Shown: positions 1 through 9,820, numbered from the stretch's first letter. The stretch: DNA of 33,009 bases from Actinomycetota bacterium (GCA_009703445.1 WLGA01000001.1:1-33009); one strand, 5' to 3'. The notes: a model not told the origin generated them from the sequence alone. A program made the numbers and translations.

Positions 1-1690
1 CGCCAGTGTAAAGATAGCCGTTGGTGTTGATGAAGAACTGATGATGCTCGAGGGCATCGCAGTGTTCACTCGCGCGGCAGCCGAAAAGGGCCGCACGGCC
101 GCGAACGCAAAACTACTTGTCGAGCTCGCTGAAAAACTTTCAGACACATCCCGCCCGGCCAAAGATCGTCTGGCAGAAGCCGAGACCGCTGCAGTGCTCA
201 AGGCAATCACGGCGCAGCCAATTCGATCACTCGAGACACTGAGTGATGAGTACCTAATCAACTGTGAGCGCGAGCTTGCTGGCTCTGGTGCTTGGTACGA
301 ATTCTTCCCTCGCTCTGAAGGTGCGACGCTAGACCCTAAGACCAAGGTTTGGAGCTCGGGTACCTTCAAAACAGCAACCAAACGTCTGCCCGCTGTGGCA
401 GAAATGGGATTCAACATCCTCTACATGCCGCCGATTCACCCAATCGGTGTGGCATTTCGCAAAGGCCCAAACAACACCTTGACCGCAGGTCCTCAAGACC
501 CTGGTTCGCCATGGGCAATTGGCTCTTCGGCCGGCGGTCACGATGCAATCCACCCGGATCTAGGCACCGAGAAAGACTTCGTCGCTTTCGTAAAGAAGGC
601 AAACTCTCTCGGGCTTGAAATTGCCATGGACCTTGCCCTGCAGGCTTCTCCCGATCACCCGTGGGTGAAGACAAACCCAGAATGGTTCACGACCCGGGCC
701 GATGGAACTATTGCCTACGCAGAGAATCCACCGAAGAAATATCAAGACATCTACCCGATCAACTTCGACAACGACCCTGAAGGCATCCACTTTGAAGTGC
801 TTCGAGTCGTAAAACACTGGATTGCAACCGGCGTCAAGATTTTCCGCGTCGATAACCCGCACACCAAGCCGGTTGCCTTCTGGGAATGGCTCATCGGCGA
901 GGTTAATCGCGAGTTCCCTGACGTGATCTTCTTGGCAGAAGCCTTCACTCGCCCATCGATGATGCATGCTTTGGGCAAGGTCGGTTTCCAGCAGTCGTAC
1001 ACCTACTTCACCTGGCGAAACACCAAGCAAGAGCTCGAGAGTTACCTAACCGAGCTGGTGCACGGCAGCGCAGACTTCTTCCGACCAAACTTCTGGGTTT
1101 CTACACCAGACATTTTGACCGAGTACCTACAGTTTGGCGGGCCTGCTGCCCACAAGATTCGAGCGGTTCTTGCTTCGATGTGCACACCAAACTGGGGCAT
1201 GTATGCCGGCTATGAGTTGTGCGAATCAGTTGCCCGACCTGGAGCCGAAGAACACATTGACAGCGAGAAGTTCGAATATCGCCCGCGCGATTGGGAGGCC
1301 GCCAAGAAGGGTGGTCGAAGCATCGCGGACTACATCACCAAGCTCAACGAGATTCGTGCAGCTCACCCGGCGATTCGACAACTGCGAAACCTCGTGCTTC
1401 AGCACACGGATGACTCTGCCATCCTGGCTTTCTCGAAGCACCTGGCCGGTGAACACACCGAATCAGGTAAGCCCGACACCATCCTGGTGATTGTCAATGT
1501 CGACCCTCATGCAGTTCGCGAAACCATGGTGCGTTTGAACCTTGAGACGCTCGGCTTGCCTAACGGTGCAAAATTCGAAGTCAAGGACTTGCTCACTGGT
1601 GAGAAATATGAATGGTCAAGCGACAACTACGTGCGACTGGACTCATTCACCAATCCGGCGCACATTTTCCAAATCGGCAAAGTTCTCTAA
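1..1690 (+). CDS. glgE: Alpha-1,4-glucan:maltose-1-phosphate maltosyltransferase GlgE (GH13), 5'-truncated by the window edge
   Basis: The frame is open from base 2 (ASVKIAVGVDEELMMLEG...), so the gene starts before the window. GlgE motifs WYEFFPRS, YMPPIHPIG, AENPPKKYQDIYP, FRVDNPHTKP and FLAEAFT are present, and glgB follows. Confidence 0.96.
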   Translation, partial: ASVKIAVGVDEELMMLEGIAVFTRAAAEKGRTAANAKLLVELAEKLSDTSRPAKDRLAEAETAAVLKAITAQPIRSLETLSDEYLINCERELAGSGAWYEFFPRSEGATLDPKTKVWSSGTFKTATKRLPAVAEMGFNILYMPPIHPIGVAFRKGPNNTLTAGPQDPGSPWAIGSSAGGHDAIHPDLGTEKDFVAFVKKANSLGLEIAMDLALQASPDHPWVKTNPEWFTTRADGTIAYAENPPKKYQDIYPINFDNDPEGIHFEVLRVVKHWIATGVKIFRVDNPHTKPVAFWEWLIGEVNREFPDVIFLAEAFTRPSMMHALGKVGFQQSYTYFTWRNTKQELESYLTELVHGSADFFRPNFWVSTPDILTEYLQFGGPAAHKIRAVLASMCTPNWGMYAGYELCESVARPGAEEHIDSEKFEYRPRDWEAAKKGGRSIADYITKLNEIRAAHPAIRQLRNLVLQHTDDSAILAFSKHLAGEHTESGKPDTILVIVNVDPHAVRETMVRLNLETLGLPNGAKFEVKDLLTGEKYEWSSDNYVRLDSFTNPAHIFQIGKVL

Positions 1691-1701
1691 GGAGCAATCG
1701 C

Positions 1702-3903
1702 ATGGCCATCAGAAAAAAGTCTCTCGAAAGCTTGCCCGAAATTTCTAGCGACCTTCTCTGGTCCGTCAGCTCGGGATCTCACCACGAGCCACACTCGCTT
1801 TTGGGAGTTCACCCACACGCTAAAGGCTGGGTGATTCGCGTCCTTCGCCCAATGGCAAAGAGCGTAACGGCTGAACTTGGCTCTGAAAGCATCGAGCTAA
1901 CCCACCTCGAAAATGGGCTCTGGCAGGGCTTTGTGGCGAGCAAGAAGGTTCCCGACTACCGAATTTTGACCAACTACCAAGACGGCTCGGAATGGCGCGC
2001 AGACGACTCATACCGTCACCTGCCAACCGTAGGCGAGCTAGACCTGCACCTGATCAGTGAAGGTCGCCACGAAGATCTTTGGAACGCTCTTGGCTCTCAC
2101 ATTCACGCCATCAAGGGTGATTTGGGAATCAGCCAGGGAACCCGATTCGCTGTCTGGGCACCTAACGCCCAGGCTGTTCGAGTTGTGGGCGACTTCAACA
2201 ACTGGAATGGTGTCGCTCACGCCATGCGCGTGATGGGGTCTTCAGGAGTCTGGGAGATCTTCATCCCAGGAATCGGCGCTGGCACCAAATACAAGTATGA
2301 AATCCTCACGCGAGGCGGCGGCTGGATCACAAAGATCGACCCGCTGGCTCAGGCCACCGAGGTTCCGCCTTCAACCGCGTCGATTGTCACCCATTCGAGT
2401 CACAAGTGGTCAGACCAGACCTGGATCGAAGCGCGCACCAAGCGCGACGCCCTCAAGTCACCGATGTCTATCTATGAGCTGCACGCAGGGTCATGGCGCC
2501 AAGGTCTCGACTATCGAGCAATGGCAGACGAGCTCATTCCATACGTGCTCGAACTTGGATTCACTCACGTTGAGTTCATGCCCCTCGCAGAACACCCTTA
2601 CGCCCCATCTTGGGGATACCAGGTCACCGGCTACTACGCACCGACTTCGCGATTTGGTTCGCCGGATGACCTCAAGTACCTGATCGATCGACTGCACCAG
2701 GCCGGCATCGGAGTAATCCTCGACTGGGTTCCGGCCCACTTCCCCAAGGATGAATGGGCGCTGGCCAAATTTGACGGCCAGCCGCTTTATGAGCACGCCG
2801 ACCCACGCCGCGGCGAGCACCCAGACTGGGGAACATTGATTTTCGACTTCGGTCGCAACGAGGTTAAGAACTTCTTGGTCGCAAACGCCCTCTATTGGCT
2901 CGAGGAATTCCACATCGATGGCCTACGCGTTGATGCGGTTGCCTCGATGCTCTATCTTGACTACTCGCGCGAAGGAAACGACTGGTTGCCAAACCAGTAT
3001 GGTGGCCGCGAAAACCTAGATGCCATTGCTTTCATGCAGGAAGTCAATGCCACGGCCTATCGTCGCAATCCTGGCGTCATGATGATCGCCGAGGAGTCCA
3101 CGAGTTGGGGCGGCGTCAGCTCACCAACAGACGGCGGCGGCTTGGGCTATGGCTTCAAATGGAACATGGGCTGGATGAACGACACCCTCCAGTACATCGA
3201 AAAGGACCCTGCCTACCGCAAGTATCACCACGGCGAACTGACCTTCTCCATGCTCTACGCCTATGACGAAAAGTTTGTGTTGCCAATCAGCCACGACGAG
3301 GTCGTGCATGGCAAGGGTTCATTGCTGGCAAAGATGCCTGGAGATCGTTGGCAGCAACTCGCCAATGTGCGCGCCTACCTCGCATTCATGTGGGCCCATC
3401 CTGGCAAGCAGTTGCTCTTCATGGGCTCCGAGTTCGGTCAGCAATCCGAATGGAACCAGGAGCGTGGGCTTGAGTGGTGGATTCTTGACCAGCCGAGCCA
3501 CCGAGGTCTACAAACACTTGTCGGTGAGCTGAATAAGGTTTATGTCGACAACCCATCCATGTGGCAACTTGACCACCATTACAGCGGTTTTCAGTGGATT
3601 GATGGCGGTAACGCCGATCAGAACCTCTTGACCTTCCTTCGCTATGACGATGCCGGAAGCCCGATTGCGGTAGTAATCAACTTTGCCGGGCACCCGTATC
3701 ACGACTTCAAGTTGGGGCTTCCTAAGTCAGGAACCTGGCTGGAGATTTTGAACACGGATGCCGAGGTTTACGGCGGCTCTGGCGTTGGAAACTTTGGTCG
3801 AATTGAAGCTAACGGTGATGGCAGCCACGGCCAGCCACACTCGGCAAGCATCTCGATTCCGCCGCTGGGTGCGGTTTGGTTCAAGCCAGCTAAAACTGCT
3901 TAG
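1702..3903 (+). CDS. glgB: 1,4-alpha-glucan branching enzyme GlgB
   Basis: Motifs FAVWAPNA, IYELHAGSW, SWGYQVTGYYAP, DWVPAHFPKD, DGLRVDAVASMLYLDY, IAEEST and SHDEVVHGK. Start moved from 1612 to ATG 1702, which follows SD AAGGAG (1689-1694) overlapping the glgE stop. Confidence 0.97.
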   Translation: MAIRKKSLESLPEISSDLLWSVSSGSHHEPHSLLGVHPHAKGWVIRVLRPMAKSVTAELGSESIELTHLENGLWQGFVASKKVPDYRILTNYQDGSEWRADDSYRHLPTVGELDLHLISEGRHEDLWNALGSHIHAIKGDLGISQGTRFAVWAPNAQAVRVVGDFNNWNGVAHAMRVMGSSGVWEIFIPGIGAGTKYKYEILTRGGGWITKIDPLAQATEVPPSTASIVTHSSHKWSDQTWIEARTKRDALKSPMSIYELHAGSWRQGLDYRAMADELIPYVLELGFTHVEFMPLAEHPYAPSWGYQVTGYYAPTSRFGSPDDLKYLIDRLHQAGIGVILDWVPAHFPKDEWALAKFDGQPLYEHADPRRGEHPDWGTLIFDFGRNEVKNFLVANALYWLEEFHIDGLRVDAVASMLYLDYSREGNDWLPNQYGGRENLDAIAFMQEVNATAYRRNPGVMMIAEESTSWGGVSSPTDGGGLGYGFKWNMGWMNDTLQYIEKDPAYRKYHHGELTFSMLYAYDEKFVLPISHDEVVHGKGSLLAKMPGDRWQQLANVRAYLAFMWAHPGKQLLFMGSEFGQQSEWNQERGLEWWILDQPSHRGLQTLVGELNKVYVDNPSMWQLDHHYSGFQWIDGGNADQNLLTFLRYDDAGSPIAVVINFAGHPYHDFKLGLPKSGTWLEILNTDAEVYGGSGVGNFGRIEANGDGSHGQPHSASISIPPLGAVWFKPAKTA

Positions 3904-4841
3904 TAGAGCAGCGCAGCCAATTGCCTGCGGGCATCGGCTAGTTCTGGCTGATCTGGCGGGCAGATCAAGAAGAGTTCGAGCAGGTGCTTCCGAAGCACCT
4001 CTCGCTCATCACCAAACACGGTGGCGAAGCGAGTCAGGATAGTCGAGAAAGCCTGAGCTGGGTGGCCGACCGCCATACAGGCATCTGCCTTCAAGGTGGT
4101 TTCTTCAGCCGTTGCCGGAGCAGATCCGAGCACCTTTTCGAAGTCGATTCCCGACGTGCGAATCAAAAGTTTTGCCTGAGCCAAGCCTGCTGCGGCAAGG
4201 GAATCGGCCGGATTCTCCTTGATGGCGGCCTCATACTGGTTGACTGCCTCGGCGTAATCGCCGGCGTCAATCGCGTCGTATGCGGCCTGGTGACGGGGTG
4301 GAAGTGCCGGTGGTAACTGCTCCCCCGTCGGCTCCTCAACCGTGATGACTCCGGTCATGCCATTTTCAGCGGAGATTTCAAGCACTCGTTCAAATACAAC
4401 TTGGATGTTTTCTTCTGGCTGATCGCCTTCGAATAGTGGAACCGGCTGCCCCTTGAGAAGAGCTAGTACGGTCGGTGCTGAACCAACTTTGAACGCCTTA
4501 GCCACGTTGACGTTTGAATCGAGGTCGAATTGCAACAGCAAGATGCGGCCGGCAAAGGCATTGGTTAGTTTTGCCAGTTTTCCAGTGAGGGCCTTGCTCT
4601 GCTCACTCCAACCCGCGTAGAACTCGATGATGACGGGAAGCTCGTTCGAAATGTCGATGAAGTTGCGAAGGTTGGTTTCGTTGCCTTGAGCAATGAGTGA
4701 CGGAAGCTTGAGCAGGTCACCATTCAAGCCTGGTTGTGACGAGGTCTGGGGTGCCGCTGCACCAACCGGGGCTTCCGGCTTTCGAAGCGATGACAGATCG
4801 ACCGCGCCGGCGAGGCTGGCTCGAGACATAAAGTCAGACAT
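3900..4841 (-). CDS. Thioredoxin-like/TPR co-chaperone (YbbN/CnoX family), no CxxC
   Basis: Thioredoxin-fold segment PVIIEFYAGWSEQSKAL...AFKVGSAPTVLALLKGQPVPLFEG, helical TPR-like C-terminal half, and YbbN-type end ARRQLAALLY. Confidence 0.85.
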   Translation of the reverse strand: MSDFMSRASLAGAVDLSSLRKPEAPVGAAAPQTSSQPGLNGDLLKLPSLIAQGNETNLRNFIDISNELPVIIEFYAGWSEQSKALTGKLAKLTNAFAGRILLLQFDLDSNVNVAKAFKVGSAPTVLALLKGQPVPLFEGDQPEENIQVVFERVLEISAENGMTGVITVEEPTGEQLPPALPPRHQAAYDAIDAGDYAEAVNQYEAAIKENPADSLAAAGLAQAKLLIRTSGIDFEKVLGSAPATAEETTLKADACMAVGHPAQAFSTILTRFATVFGDEREVLRKHLLELFLICPPDQPELADARRQLAALLY

Positions 4842-6547
4842 TACAAACCTCTTACGCTAACTAGGCCCTGGGTGACTCCGATGAGTCGAATCTTTGATGT
4901 TTCTGATAGCGCCGGAACGAAGAACAACATCATGTTGCCGTAAATCGATCGGACACCCTTAGTTGAGCCGTTTGCCCCGAGAATCAGAGCCTCTTGACCG
5001 GAAACACCAACCGCGGTGCCGATCTTCGTTGGGCGGATCAGATACGTATCGGTCATGTAAACGGCAACGAGAGCGCCAGCCTGCGAGGTGGAAAGGCTGA
5101 TTACGTTGGCCTCCCCGAGCTTGTGCGTGAAGGCGATCTTGCCATTCTCTAGATTCTGAGACTGGGCGACCTGGCTCGAAGAAACCTGCTTGTAGAACTC
5201 ATCCTTGCTGATGTCGAAGAGTTGGGCGCTCAAACTGCTGGCACCCTTGTTGATCAGGTCGCCATAGGTGGCAGGAAGAGAAATAGGTGGAACCTTCAGG
5301 AACAGAGACTTCGCATCAACTGGGATGGCTCCGGTTTCGGCAGACGGCACGGCAGGGATCTTCGCGCCCGGCATTAGGCGAACCGTGTACCAAACCTGAT
5401 AGTTCTCTCGAGGTGACTTCTGCTGCAAAACAATCAACTGTGGAAGCGCTGCATCGCCCGGCTCATCCGTGACGGCCATCACATTTCTAGGCCAGGTGTT
5501 GGAAGCTGCAGGAAGACTGAAAGACAGCGGCGTTGCCACCACGGCTGGGAGCGCAGCGATCTTGTTGTCCTTCGAACGCAGGTAATAGTGCACCGAACGC
5601 AATGCCAAAGCTGGGCCAGTGAATCTTGGGCTCAACAACTTCTTGTCGTTGCTGGCATCGGCCTGAGTCGCAGTGTCGGCAACCTCTCCGAGGATTCGTT
5701 TCAACTGCCCCTCGGTCACAACTGGCGGGGCAACCTCGGCCGCGGAGGACGTAGGAGTTGGGGAAGCCTCGGTTGACGCCTGGTTGACTGAGCAACCGCT
5801 CAACAAGGCAATCGTTGCCAACCCGGCAGGAATGATGAGCGCGTTTCGACCAGCGGCGCGTCTGCCCTTCTTCGGAGCAAAGCGAACCTTACGGCGCTCT
5901 TTGTACTTCGGTCCACTTGGCGCCTTTGGGAGGCGACGGCGAGGTCCGCGCTTTCTGCGTCGCTCGCTGAAGTGCCAGATGGTCAAAACGACTCCTGCAA
6001 TCAGCAGAACTAAGCCCGAAATAAGCAGAGCATTTGAAAACGTGAGGTCGAAATAGATTGGCCAGACGATTTCTACCTGGCCGGGCGCAGATTTCAGGCC
6101 ATTGCTCGCAATTAGGATTGCGGCCTCGTCGCGAGTTGAAACCGCCAACTTGGCTACATCCTGGCCGACGCTGGAATCACGCCACAGGTCAGAACCGACC
6201 GGAGAAAATCCCGCCGCTACGCCAAGCTCTTCTTTGGGTTCAATTTTGGTTTGATCCTTGGAGAGGTTCAGCTCGGTCTTAGAGCTCTTACCGATAAAAG
6301 CCAGGATGTCGGCCTCGCGACCGCTGGAAATGAAAACCCCTGCGGATTCGCCATTCACTGTGATGGTTGGCTTGCCCGGATGCAAGGCGAGCGTTGAGTT
6401 TGGGATGACCGCGAATGGGCTCAGGTGGTCAAAGTTGGCGGTCATTGTGATGCTGGCAGGTGGCGCCCAAATGGTTCGTTGCGCAAAACCCAAACCGGCA
6501 AGCGTGATGGACACGACAAATACCGCTGCGGCGATCAACAGGCGCAT
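4841..6547 (-). CDS. Hypothetical membrane/envelope protein (N-terminal TM, second TM, basic linker, internal lipobox LSGC)
   Basis: 568-aa ORF with hydrophobic segments near aa 3-22, 173-191 and 236-250. Its TAA overlaps the ATG of the next gene by 1 nt. Confidence 0.8.
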   Translation of the reverse strand: MRLLIAAAVFVVSITLAGLGFAQRTIWAPPASITMTANFDHLSPFAVIPNSTLALHPGKPTITVNGESAGVFISSGREADILAFIGKSSKTELNLSKDQTKIEPKEELGVAAGFSPVGSDLWRDSSVGQDVAKLAVSTRDEAAILIASNGLKSAPGQVEIVWPIYFDLTFSNALLISGLVLLIAGVVLTIWHFSERRRKRGPRRRLPKAPSGPKYKERRKVRFAPKKGRRAAGRNALIIPAGLATIALLSGCSVNQASTEASPTPTSSAAEVAPPVVTEGQLKRILGEVADTATQADASNDKKLLSPRFTGPALALRSVHYYLRSKDNKIAALPAVVATPLSFSLPAASNTWPRNVMAVTDEPGDAALPQLIVLQQKSPRENYQVWYTVRLMPGAKIPAVPSAETGAIPVDAKSLFLKVPPISLPATYGDLINKGASSLSAQLFDISKDEFYKQVSSSQVAQSQNLENGKIAFTHKLGEANVISLSTSQAGALVAVYMTDTYLIRPTKIGTAVGVSGQEALILGANGSTKGVRSIYGNMMLFFVPALSETSKIRLIGVTQGLVSVRGL

Positions 6548-6624
6548 GCGATATCCAATCAGGGTAAACTTGAGGCAGGTTAACAGCCTGTTTCCATTCT
6601 ACCGAAGCGCCTAGGAGCAGCATC

Positions 6625-7713
6625 TTGTCTGTCGAAGAGACCGAATTCCCCGTAGCCCTCCGTGGTTACGAGCGCGGCCCGGTTGACGACGCACTTCTAG
6701 ACCTTCGCAAGCAAGTGCTTCAGCTTTCTGCCCAGAATTCACAGCTAGCCAATGAACTTCGTGAAACCACTAAGGCACTTGAGTCTGCGCGTGAAGAGCT
6801 TCAAGAGGCCGGCAAGCCAACCTATACCGGTGTTGGTGCTCGAGCCGCACTTATTCTTAGCACCGCAGAAGACCAGGCGGCTCACCTACTTGCCGAAGCT
6901 GAACGCGAGGCTGAGCGCAAGCGTAAAGCCGTCGCCCTCGAGGTTGAGGCCCAGCATGGCGAGGCAAAGGGCTACTACGACTCACTAGTTTCAGAAGCTC
7001 AGCGCAGAAGTGACCGCATCATTGGCGCGGCGCGAAGCGATTACGACGAAATCATCGCCAAGGCAAAGCAAGAGGCAGCCCGCATCGCCGATGAAGCAAT
7101 GCGCGAAGCCGGTTCTATCCGCGGTGCAATTTCGACCGAGGTAGCGAAAATGCGTGCGGCCGCTCGCCGCGACATCGCATCAACTAAGGCCGAGGTAGAG
7201 CGCGACCTTGCAGAGCGCAAGCTAATCGCCTTCCGCGAGAACTCAAGAAACCTAGACTTTGACAGCGCTGCAGCACTACTAACCGAGCAGGCTCGAATCG
7301 ACCTGGAGCTGGAGCTAACCGCTCGCCGCGCCGAGGCAGAAGCCGAATACCTGAAGAAGCACCAAGAGGCCGTTTCCACCACCCAGAAATACCTGGATGA
7401 TGCGAACTCGCAGCTATCTAATGCCCTAACCCGCGCCAACGCGGCTCGTCTAGAGGCAGAAACTCTTGAAGCGGCTGCCATCTCGTTCAACCAACAGACG
7501 ACAACTTTGAGCCGCCAAAAGGCTGATGCGATCATCGCAGCAGCCGATGCAGAGGCTCGCAGCATCGTGGCCACAGCTCAGATTGCCGCGGCGCGAGAAA
7601 TTGCCCAGGCAACCGAGGCCACCGTAAAGATCTCGGCTGAGCGAGATTCGGTCGACGTTTACCTGAAGAATCTTCGTGCCGTGCTCGATAACGCTGGCAC
7701 GCCACGCACCTAA
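6625..7713 (+). CDS. DivIVA-domain Ala/Glu-rich coiled-coil protein (Scy/FilP-like)
   Basis: N-terminal DivIVA motif FPVALRGYERGPVDDAL followed by about 330 aa of heptad-rich helix. TTG start preceded by AGGAG. Confidence 0.8.
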   Translation: MSVEETEFPVALRGYERGPVDDALLDLRKQVLQLSAQNSQLANELRETTKALESAREELQEAGKPTYTGVGARAALILSTAEDQAAHLLAEAEREAERKRKAVALEVEAQHGEAKGYYDSLVSEAQRRSDRIIGAARSDYDEIIAKAKQEAARIADEAMREAGSIRGAISTEVAKMRAAARRDIASTKAEVERDLAERKLIAFRENSRNLDFDSAAALLTEQARIDLELELTARRAEAEAEYLKKHQEAVSTTQKYLDDANSQLSNALTRANAARLEAETLEAAAISFNQQTTTLSRQKADAIIAAADAEARSIVATAQIAAAREIAQATEATVKISAERDSVDVYLKNLRAVLDNAGTPRT

Positions 7714-7742
7714 ATCAATCAGAGCAGAGTAGGTTTGTGAGC

Positions 7743-8795
7743 ATGCAAGGGCAAACAAAGATCACAAACGCGTTCCAGCTCGGTCTATTGGGCGGTCTTG
7801 GTGTATTGACCGCTGTAGTCATCGGTGGGGCAATCCAGACGCTCGCCGACATCATCACGTATGTGGCCGCCGCTATCTTTATCGCTTTGGGTCTAGAGCC
7901 AGTTGTCGCCAAACTTGAGAGCGCAAACCTAAAGCGACCGGTCGCGATTTTGATCGTCGTTCTCGGTCTGCTTGGCGGGTTAACCGCCTTGGTCTGGGCC
8001 ATCCTGCCACCGCTTGCTTCGGAAGGCGCGAAATTCATCGAGAAGGTGCCATCGGTAATCTCCGGCTTTGGTGATCTTCCTTTGATCGTCAAACTCGACA
8101 ATCAACTCGGTGGTTCTATCTCCAGCGCAATTGCAAGCACCTCGGCGTTCCTGAGCGACTCAGCCAACTGGCCAAAGTTGGTCGGTGGCGTAGTGCAGGT
8201 TGGCATGAACATTTTCAATGGCTTCTTCGCCGGGCTAGTAATTCTGATTTTGAGCCTCTACTTCATGTCTTCTTTGAACCGTTTCCGAGACTTCCTATTT
8301 GGCTTGGTTCCTGCATCAAAGCGTGAAAAGTTTGCCGACATCGCAGACCAGGTAGCGACCTCGGTTGGCCGCTATGTAATCGGGCAGTTTGGAATCGCAG
8401 CACTAAACGCAACCTTGAGCTACATTTTCATGTTGATCATGGGCATCCCTTTTGCCGTTGTCTTGGCGTTTATCGTTTTGCTTCTCGGCTTGATTCCACT
8501 CGTTGGAAACGTAACCAGCTCTGCAATCATCACCTTGGTTGCCTTGAGCGTCTCACCAACCACCGCGATTGTGGCTGCCGCCTACTGCCTGATTTACATG
8601 CAGATTGAGTCCTACATAATCAGCCCAAAAATCATGAACAAGGCCGTAGCCGTTCCCGGAGCAGTTGTTGTTGTTGCCGCGCTTTCAGGCGGCGCATTGC
8701 TCGGTGTTCTGGGGGCTCTAGTAGCCATCCCAGTTGCCGCCTCAGGCATTCTGATCATTCGTCAGATTTTGATGCCTCACCAAGACACCAAGTAG
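7743..8795 (+). CDS. AI-2E (PerM/UPF0118) family transporter
   Basis: Multi-TM protein with FIALGLEPVV, LIPLVG, QIESYIISPKIM and LGALVAIPVAA. Start is ATG 7743 (TAGGTT 7 nt upstream) or GTG 7737. Confidence 0.9.
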   Translation: MQGQTKITNAFQLGLLGGLGVLTAVVIGGAIQTLADIITYVAAAIFIALGLEPVVAKLESANLKRPVAILIVVLGLLGGLTALVWAILPPLASEGAKFIEKVPSVISGFGDLPLIVKLDNQLGGSISSAIASTSAFLSDSANWPKLVGGVVQVGMNIFNGFFAGLVILILSLYFMSSLNRFRDFLFGLVPASKREKFADIADQVATSVGRYVIGQFGIAALNATLSYIFMLIMGIPFAVVLAFIVLLLGLIPLVGNVTSSAIITLVALSVSPTTAIVAAAYCLIYMQIESYIISPKIMNKAVAVPGAVVVVAALSGGALLGVLGALVAIPVAASGILIIRQILMPHQDTK

Positions 8796-8798
8796 TTT

Positions 8799-9521
8799 CT
8801 AGAGCGAAACATCTTCAGGCAGTGGATACGCTGCTGGGTTTACGACTTTCACAATCTCATTGAGAACGCGCGTTGTTGCGGCCTCTCCGACCCAAAGATG
8901 CTTGGCTCCATCGACGCCGATGACGGAAATGTCCTGCACTCCGGCGAATCGAGAGTTTGCTGCCTCAGGTTGCAAATAATCATCGAACTCCGGGACCAAG
9001 GCATAGAGGCGTTTGCCGGTGCCATTCCAGCGACTTAGCTCTTCATCCGAGGTTCTGTGCAGTGGAGGCGAAAGGAGAATGGCACCCTCAATTTCATGAT
9101 CGGGACCATATTTGAGAGCCAGTTCGGTGCCGAATGACCAGCCAACCAGCCACAGGTTTGGCAGACCCCGCGAGATTGCAAAGTCGACCGCGGCGGCGAC
9201 ATCTGCCACCTCGGCAATACCCTCGCCAAAGACTCCATCGCTCGTGCCGTGTGGTGAGGATGTGCCCCGCGTGTTAAATCGCAGAACTGCAACGTCGGCT
9301 AGATAGGGTAAACGGTTTGCCGCCTTGCGAAGCACGTGTGAATCCATGAAACCACCGTGGGTGGGAAGCGGATGCAAGGTGATGAGCGTTGCGACTGGTG
9401 TGCGAGAAACTGGTAGTGCGAGCTCTCCGACAAGCTTCAGGCCATCGCTCGTGATGAGCTCGACGGCCTCGCGGCTAGAAGGTAGCTCGACGCCCGAACG
9501 AACTTCGATTAATTCACTCAT
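8799..9521 (-). CDS. Alpha/beta fold hydrolase
   Basis: HPLPTHGGFMDS, RFNTRG, nucleophile elbow GWSFG, candidate Asp (EFDDY) and His (GAKHLW). Start moved to ATG 9521, which forms an ATGA overlap with the upstream stop. Confidence 0.9.
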   Translation of the reverse strand: MSELIEVRSGVELPSSREAVELITSDGLKLVGELALPVSRTPVATLITLHPLPTHGGFMDSHVLRKAANRLPYLADVAVLRFNTRGTSSPHGTSDGVFGEGIAEVADVAAAVDFAISRGLPNLWLVGWSFGTELALKYGPDHEIEGAILLSPPLHRTSDEELSRWNGTGKRLYALVPEFDDYLQPEAANSRFAGVQDISVIGVDGAKHLWVGEAATTRVLNEIVKVVNPAAYPLPEDVSL

Positions 9522-9820
9522 AGCAGCGGGCCTTGAAATGACTTCCAGCAAGCCGAGTGGAAGTGACGACGGGTCTCAACTCCGCGAATCTCATCCCAGG
9601 CAACGATGTGACTGATACCCTTGCTGATCTGCAGATGACAGTGTGGGCACACCCAGGTTTTGCCGTCGTCAGCATTCGCCCCAATGCTCGTTTGAGTCGT
9701 GTAGTCGACGCCGCGTTTAGTTTCGCTGCGACGGATTCCAAGGCGTACTGCGTTCAGATCTAGGTCTTCAATCGGTTCTGGCTTTGGTTTGCCTCGGCTT
9801 GGGCGGTTGCTGCGCGGCAC
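9518..9820 (-). CDS. Small conserved actinobacterial protein with CxxC...H-x-H-x-x-C motif (often labelled 'ATP/GTP-binding protein')
   Basis: WVCPHC...HIVAW...RRHFHSACW. GTG 9820 overlaps the TAG of the upstream gene (TAGTG) and gives MPRSNRP. Confidence 0.8.
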   Translation of the reverse strand: MPRSNRPSRGKPKPEPIEDLDLNAVRLGIRRSETKRGVDYTTQTSIGANADDGKTWVCPHCHLQISKGISHIVAWDEIRGVETRRHFHSACWKSFQGPLL

